Below, piece by piece: positions 57,140-64,000 of a stretch of 64,000 nt of DNA. Position numbers and translations under genes: made by a program. The notes under the pieces were generated by a model. It searched no databases. It worked only from the letters and a program-made list of their open reading frames with translations, and had not been told where the DNA came from. The first letter of the stretch is position 1. Every line of letters begins with the position of its first letter. The stretch is taken from positions 281,418,001 through 281,482,000 of the forward strand of contig OZ024741.1 of NCBI GenBank assembly GCA_964016885.1, in the 5' to 3' direction. The stretch is from Eledone cirrhosa (lineage: Eukaryota).

Positions 57140-57890
57140 CCATTACTCCAGTCCTCTTTATTTCCACATTACTCCAGTCCCCTTTATTTCCACATTACTC
57201 CAGTCCTCTTTATTTCCACATTACTCCAGTCCCCTTTATTTCCACATTACTCCAGTCCCCTATATTTCCACATTACTCCAGTCCTCTCTATTCTACATTA
57301 CTCCAGTCCCCTATATTTTCACATTGCTCCAGTCCCCTATATTTCCACAATGCTCCAGTCCCCTATATTTCCCATTACTCCAGTCCCCTATATTTCCTAT
57401 TACTCTAGCCCCCTATATTTCCACATTACTTCGGTCCCCTTTATTTCCCATTACTCCAGTCTCCTATATTTCCCATTACTCCAGTCCCCTATATTTCCTA
57501 TCTAGCCCCCTATATTTCCACATTATTTCAGTCCCCTTTATTTCCCATTACTCCAGTCCCCTATATTTCCTATTACTCCTAGCCCCCTATATTTCTACAT
57601 TACTTCAGTCCCCTTTATTTCCCATTACTCCAGTCCACTATATTTCCCATTACTCTAGCCCCCTATATTTCCCATTGCTCCAGTCCACTATATTTCCCAT
57701 GACGCCAGTCCCCTATATTTCACATTACTCCAGTCCCTTATATTTCACATTTCTCTAGCCCCCTATATCCCCCATTGCTCCAGTCCACTATATTTCCCAT
57801 GACGCCAGTCCCCTATATTTCACATTACTCCAGTCCCTTATATTTCACATTTCTCTAGCCCCCTATATCCCCCATTGCTCCAGTCCACTT
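57140..57890. repeat. 25-26-bp minisatellite, about 29 copies
   Basis: Unit CCACATTACTCCAGTCCCCTATATTT; the last ~230 bp is a duplicated 4-unit block. Confidence 0.92.
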
Positions 57891-58381
57891 TGCTAGCAAC
57901 AATTAAGTTTACCTTTAATCCAAAGGTCCCAGCCTTCACACATACACTGTCACATGCTATTCTGTTCAATTAACTGGAAAACTTGTCATTTCATGCAAGT
58001 CACAAATACTGACTTATAATTAAAAGGAATTAATTGAATAGTGATGCCTCCCCACACCATATATATATATGTGTGTGTATGTCTGTATATTATTTTATGT
58101 GTGTATGTCTGTGTATTATTTTATGTGTGTATGTCTGTATTATTTTATACACACATATTTGTACACACTCCTTGTGAGAATGTATTGAGAACTTAACCTT
58201 TTTGTTAATATGTTTCGAATGAAAGATACTACCTGTGATATTCAAGTAATTTTTGAATTTGTAGTGAATTAGCAATATAACTAATATAAACTATACACAC
58301 ATATATATATATATATAGGTGATTCAGTGAATTACTGGTACCAATATAAACATTCATTTCAACCTATTTTTTTATTGGATC

Positions 58382-58447
58382 ACCAGTCTGATGAGCAGAC
58401 CGATAGGTGACCTTGAGCCAATCATCTGTGAAATGCACATAACTGGT
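58382..58447 (+). ncRNA. Type I minimal hammerhead ribozyme motif
   Basis: Stem I ACCAGT/ACTGGT, core CTGATGA (58388), stem II GCAGA/TCTGT, GAAA (58430), short stem III ATG/CAT, cleavage triplet AUA at 58439-58441. Confidence 0.8.
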
Positions 58448-59366
58448 CGATAATCAATAAAAACAGGTAAAGTAAACTATAGGGTATGAAATGAAAAAAT
58501 AAAGTTATATTTAGATGATAGAACACATTGTCTATCCATGAAATATCCAATAATACATGTGTGTTATTGGCTTAGAATAGGTACACTGTCTCTCTGCATG
58601 TCATAAATAAATAAATAATCAAAAGATGAAAGAAACGCACTGGAAAAAGACCATCCCACTTCACATGGTTAACTCTTACAGATGGCAATCTCTGTCTTGA
58701 CAAAACGAAGTAGGGAGTTAATTCTGGAGCCCATGGCACCAGATGTTTCTACCACTGTAGTGCATATTATAAAGAATATATAAACACTACACATATTTGT
58801 ATATAGGTCAGATAGAAATGTCTAACTAAAAAGAAGGGATTAAAATAAAATTATAGTCTAATAGGGTTCACGTGAAAAGTGTCCCTAAAACATTTAAAGA
58901 GAAGGAGAGAAAAAGATAAGGTAACATGAAAAGTAACTGAAACAAAAATAATCCACTTTTTTTTTAATCGATTAAGGGGAGGTTACTTATGCAATAATTA
59001 AAAGCTATCACGTTCAAGTTTGTTTTTGAATTCCAGTTAAAGGGTAAAACCATAAGCTAAGTTAAATAACATCATTTGTGCTACTGGGATTTCTAAGCTC
59101 ATTTTATCGGTTCCCTGAGGCAGGTTACACTAGAATATCCTTTCTAAAATAATTCCTTAACAATTTGCTCTTTATTCAACAAATACCAAGTAAAGAATTG
59201 TTTGCAATTAAAGAAAATATAAAAAAAATGAAATAATGAAAATGAAGGGAAGGTCTCAGCTGTGATCCATAGTTAAAAGAGTGAAAACATTGCTGCAAAA
59301 AACATCCAGTGACACCTACTGCATCAAGAGCTCCACCTCACCAGGACCTGTTCCTCAGGTGGTCTG

Positions 59367-62345
59367 GGACCAAGGACACCAGAAGTTTCGACGATGACTG
59401 GCATGAATGGTTTAGGGACCAAGGACACCAGAGGTCTCAATGGTGACTGGCATGAATGGTTTAGGGACCAAGGACACCAGAGGTCTCAATGGTGACTGGC
59501 ATGAACGGTTTAGGGACCAAGGACACCAGAGGTCTCAATGGTGACTGGCACGAACGGTTTAGGGACCAAGGACACCAGAGGTCTCAATGGTGACTGGCAC
59601 GAACGGTTTAGGGACCAAGGACACCAGAGGTCTCAATGGTGACTGGCACGAACGGTTTAGGGACCAAGGACACCAGAGGTCTCAATGGTGACTGGCACGA
59701 ACGGTTTAGGGACCAAGGACACCAGAGGTCTCAATGGTGACTGGCACGAACGGTTTAGGGACCAAGGACACCAGAGGTCTCAATGGTGACTGGCATGAAT
59801 GGTTTAGGGACCAAGGACACCAGAGGTCTCAATGGTGACTGGCATGAACGGTTTAGGGACCAAGGACACCAGAGGTCTCAATGGTGACTGGCACGAACGG
59901 TTTAGGGACCAAGGACACCAGAGGTCTCAATGGTGACTGGCACGAACGGTTTAGGGACCAAGGACACCAGAGGTCTCAATGGTGACTGGCATGAACGGTT
60001 TAGGGACCAAGGACACCAGAGGTCTCAATGGTGACTGGCACGAACGGTTTAGGGACCAAGGACACCAGAGGTCTCAATGGTGACTGGCATGAACGGTTTA
60101 GGGACCAAGGACACCAGAGGTCTCAATGGTGACTGGCACGAACGGTTTAGGGACCAAGGACACCAGAGGTCTCAATGGTGACTGGCATGAATGGTTTAGG
60201 GACCAAGGACACCAGAGGTCTCAATGGTGACTGGCATGAATGGTTTAGGGACCAAGGACACCAGAGGTCTCAATGGTGACTGGCATGAACGGTTTAGGGA
60301 CCAAGGACACCAGAGGTCTCAATGGTGACTGGCACGAACGGTTTAGGGACCAAGGACACCAGAGGTCTCAATGGTGACTGGCACGAACGGTTTAGGGACC
60401 AAGGACACCAGAGGTCTCAATGGTGACTGGCACGAACGGTTTAGGGACCAAGGACACCAGAGGTCTCAATGGTGACTGGCACGAACGGTTTAGGGACCAA
60501 GGACACCAGAGGTCTCAATGGTGACTGGCACGAACGGTTTAGGGACCAAGGACACCAGAGGTCTCAATGGTGACTGGCATGAATGGTTTAGGGACCAAGG
60601 ACACCAGAGGTCTCAATGGTGACTGGCATGAACGGTTTAGGGACCAAGGACACCAGAGGTCTCAATGGTGACTGGCACGAACGGTTTAGGGACCAAGGAC
60701 ACCAGAGGTCTCAATGGTGACTGGCACGAACGGTTTAGGGACCAAGGACACCAGAGGTCTCAATGGTGACTGGCATGAACGGTTTAGGGACCAAGGACAC
60801 CAGAGGTCTCAATGGTGACTGGCACGAACGGTTTAGGGACCAAGGACACCAGAGGTCTCAATGGTGACTGGCATGAACGGTTTAGGGACCAAGGACACCA
60901 GAGGTCTCAATGGTGACTGGCACGAACGGTTTAGGGACCAAGGACACCAGAGGTCTCAATGGTGACTGGCATGAATGGTTTAGGGACCAAGGACACCAGA
61001 GGTCTCAATGGTGACTGGCATGAACGGTTTAGGGACCAAGGACACCAGAGGTCTCAATGGTGACTGGCATGAATGGTTTAGGGACCAAGGACACCAGAGG
61101 TCTCAATGGTGACTGGCATGAATGGTTTAGGGACCAAGGACACCAGAGGTCTCAATGGTGACTGGCATGAACGGTTTAGGGACCAAGGACACCAGAGGTC
61201 TCAATGGTGACTGGCACGAACGGTTTAGGGACCAAGGACACCAGAGGTCTCAATGGTGACTGGCATGAACGGTTTAGGGACCAAGGACACCAGAGGTCTC
61301 AATGGTGACTGGCATGAATGGTTTAGGGACCAAGGACACCAGAGGTCTCAATGGTGACTGGCACGAACGGTTTAGGGACCAAGGACACCAGAGGTCTCAA
61401 TGGTGACTGGCATGAACGGTTTAGGGACCAAGGACACCAGAGGTCTCAATGGTGACTGGCACGAACGGTTTAGGGACCAAGGACACCAGAGGTCTCAATG
61501 GTGACTGGCATGAACGGTTTAGGGACCAAGGACACCAGAGGTCTCAATGGTGACTGGCACGAACGGTTTAGGGACCAAGGACACCAGAGGTCTCAATGGT
61601 GACTGGCATGAACGGTTTAGGGACCAAGGACACCAGAGGTCTCAATGGTGACTGGCACGAACGGTTTAGGGACCAAGGACACCAGAGGTCTCAATGGTGA
61701 CTGGCATGAACGGTTTAGGGACCAAGGACACCAGAGGTCTCAATGGTGACTGGCATGAACGGTTTAGGGACCAAGGACACCAGAGGTCTCAATGGTGACT
61801 GGCACGAACGGTTTAGGGACCAAGGACACCAGAGGTATCAATGGTGACTGGCACGAACGGTTTAGGGACCAAGGACACCAAAGGTCTCAATGGTGACTGG
61901 CACGAACGGTTTAGGGACCAAGGACACCAGAGGTCTCAATGGTGACTGGCACGAACGGTTTAGGGACCAAGGACACCAGAGGTCTCAATGGTGACTGGCA
62001 CGAACGGTTTAGGGACCAAGGACACCAGAGGTCTCAATGGTGACTGGCACGAACGGTTTAGGGACCAAGGACACTAGTGGTCTCAATGGTGACTGGCACG
62101 AACGGTTTAGGGACCAAGGACACCAGAGGTTTCAATGGTGACTGGCACGAACGGTTTAGGGACCAAGGACACCAGAGGTCTCAATGGTGACTGGCACGAA
62201 TGGTTTAGGGACCAAGGACACCAGTGGTCTCATCAGTGACCGGCACGAAGCATTTGGGGACCAAGGACACTAGAGGTCTCAATGGTGACTGGAATGAACT
62301 GTTTAGAAACCAAGGACACCAGAAGTCTCCATGGCGACCGGCATG
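59367..62345. repeat. 49-bp minisatellite, about 60 highly homogeneous copies
   Basis: Unit GGGACCAAGGACACCAGAGGTCTCAATGGTGACTGGCAYGAAYGGTTTA, head-to-tail with no spacers; edge units are more diverged. Confidence 0.97.
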
Positions 62346-62489
62346 AAAAGGAAGCAATTGGTCAAGCCAGTGACACCTTACGGGGGGGCCTGTTTCTTAG
62401 GTGGTGTGAGGACCAAGAACACCAGAAGTCTCAATGGTGATGAACATGAAAAGGAAGCAGTTGGACAAATCATGTTATTTGGATATTTC

Positions 62490-63572
62490 ATTAACTGTAA
62501 AGACAAAGATCTGTCTGTTTTCAGCTAGGTTAATCAAAAGGAAGTAATGAGATCAGTCTCAGGAACTCATTAACCTTTTTGTAACCAAATATATAATGAT
62601 ACACACTGCTTATGATATCTACAAATCATTTTGAAAATAATCAAAAGTTTGGAGTAATTTAATAACATAATTTCCTCATTATTAAGCTAGGGTTTGGAAT
62701 ATAACTTAAAGGTTCTTATATAAAATTTCTCGCGAGCTGGAATGGCTCTTCCAGTGCATCTCCCTCACCATCCTCCAGAGAAACGGCTTCTCTATTCTGT
62801 CCACCGAGGCCATGGGGTGGCCAGTGTGAGGGCTCTGAGAAATGGGGAGTGAGAGAGACAGTGTTGTTGAACCTTTTACGTAGAAGCTATACATGTAATG
62901 ATAAATACAGAATAAGAAAACAGGACAAGATATATATTCTCCAGATATTATGATAGGTGTTTTAGATAAATATAAACATTTGAACCCTTTCAATGCTGTA
63001 TTTCTAATGAAATATTTTATATTTTAAGTTATTAATGGAGAATTTAGAAAGGATTTACTAAAATCATGATGATGATGATGATAATTTAATTAAGATATTT
63101 GTAATATAAACAAATGTTCTTATATAAAATGATGTTAGAAGGTTTTTAATTTAAGTAGGAACCCTTTAAAATGAGTGTTGTTGTTTTATCTCAGAACCAG
63201 AGACAGTTTTGGGGAGGTTGGTATCTAAAGGGTTAACACAGTTTTATGTTGTAAACCCTGGTGTGGTTCTGGGTGGTTGGATATCAATAGGGTTAATAAC
63301 TGATTAGAATATTGATCTATTGGCATTAAGTTTAAAGCTTGTACAGGTTTAGTAACAAAGTATTTTGTCTCCACAGTTTTCACAGTTAAAGATAGGAAAT
63401 ACTTGAGCTACAAGAGAGTCTCTTTGGCAGTCTCATAAACAGCTAGAAATAGCAACTGTGTGTTCTCCAAGTCACAGCTACCATCTTAAAAAAGAAAGAA
63501 CATGTTGGATAATATAGCTTATGGCATATTATGGCTATGGTTGGAATACTTTTAATCATAGATCTGTTTGGT
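62490..63572. repeat. Right copy of the inverted segmental duplication
   Basis: 62862-63256 is nearly identical to the reverse complement of 36604-36994; flanks are more diverged. Confidence 0.88.
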
Positions 63573-63625
63573 CATGTCTAACCCATGTTAGAGTGGAAAG
63601 TGGACATTAAACGATTTTAACAACA

Positions 63626-63972
63626 ATCATTTCATCATCATCATTTCATTTTACGTCCACTTTTTCCCTGCTTGCAAGGGTGGGACGAGAACTGATTCTG
63701 GCTTGATTTCTACAGCTGGATGCCCTTCCTAACACCAACCTCATTTACAGTGAGTGCTGGGTGCTTTTTTGATGTGGCACCTCCACGACCACTTTGCAGT
63801 GGAATGATAGGGACTCCAGTCCCTATCATCTCATTTCTACAGCTGAGTAAACTGGAGCAATGTGAAATAAAGTGTCTTGCTCAAGGAAACAACACATCAC
63901 CCGGTCTGAGAATTGAACTCACAACCTTTCGATTGCAAGGCCAATGCTCTAACCACTAAGCCATGTGCCTCC
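63626..63972 (-). mobile_element. SINE family 1 copy
   Basis: Reverse complement of 18674-19018. Confidence 0.9.
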
Positions 63973-64000
63973 ATGTAAATATTCAAATTTCGAAACTGTA

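Noticed and set aside
57068-57758. Repetitive ORFs (also 31343-32289 and 10301-10776)
   Set aside because: Translations of mini- and microsatellites.
59367-62345. CRISPR array
   Set aside because: Contiguous identical units with no unique spacers, no cas genes, eukaryotic context.

Overview
Eukaryotic, AT-rich, microsatellite-dense DNA; the repeat repertoire suggests a coleoid cephalopod such as octopus (inference). Most of the window appears to be large introns of a minus-strand neuralized-family gene: one clear 540-nt NHR-domain exon (13080-13619) and a probable 102-nt linker exon (46144-46245). The introns hold a near full-length but disabled RTE-clade LINE with a PHD finger inside its RT region, other RTE fragments, an R4/Dong-like RLE retrotransposon split by a CR1 insertion, CRE-like RLE remnants, a Penelope-like GIY-YIG fragment between inverted repeats, three tRNA-derived SINE families and piggyBac/hAT MITEs. 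Main points of interest: two apparently intact minimal hammerhead ribozymes; a 3-kb 49-bp minisatellite derived from retrotransposon endonuclease coding sequence; a 48-bp module and tail shared by a LINE 3' UTR and a SINE; several fold-back elements in (TA)n tracts; and an inverted duplication about 26 kb apart with a near-identical core. All calls were made by eye and boundaries are approximate.
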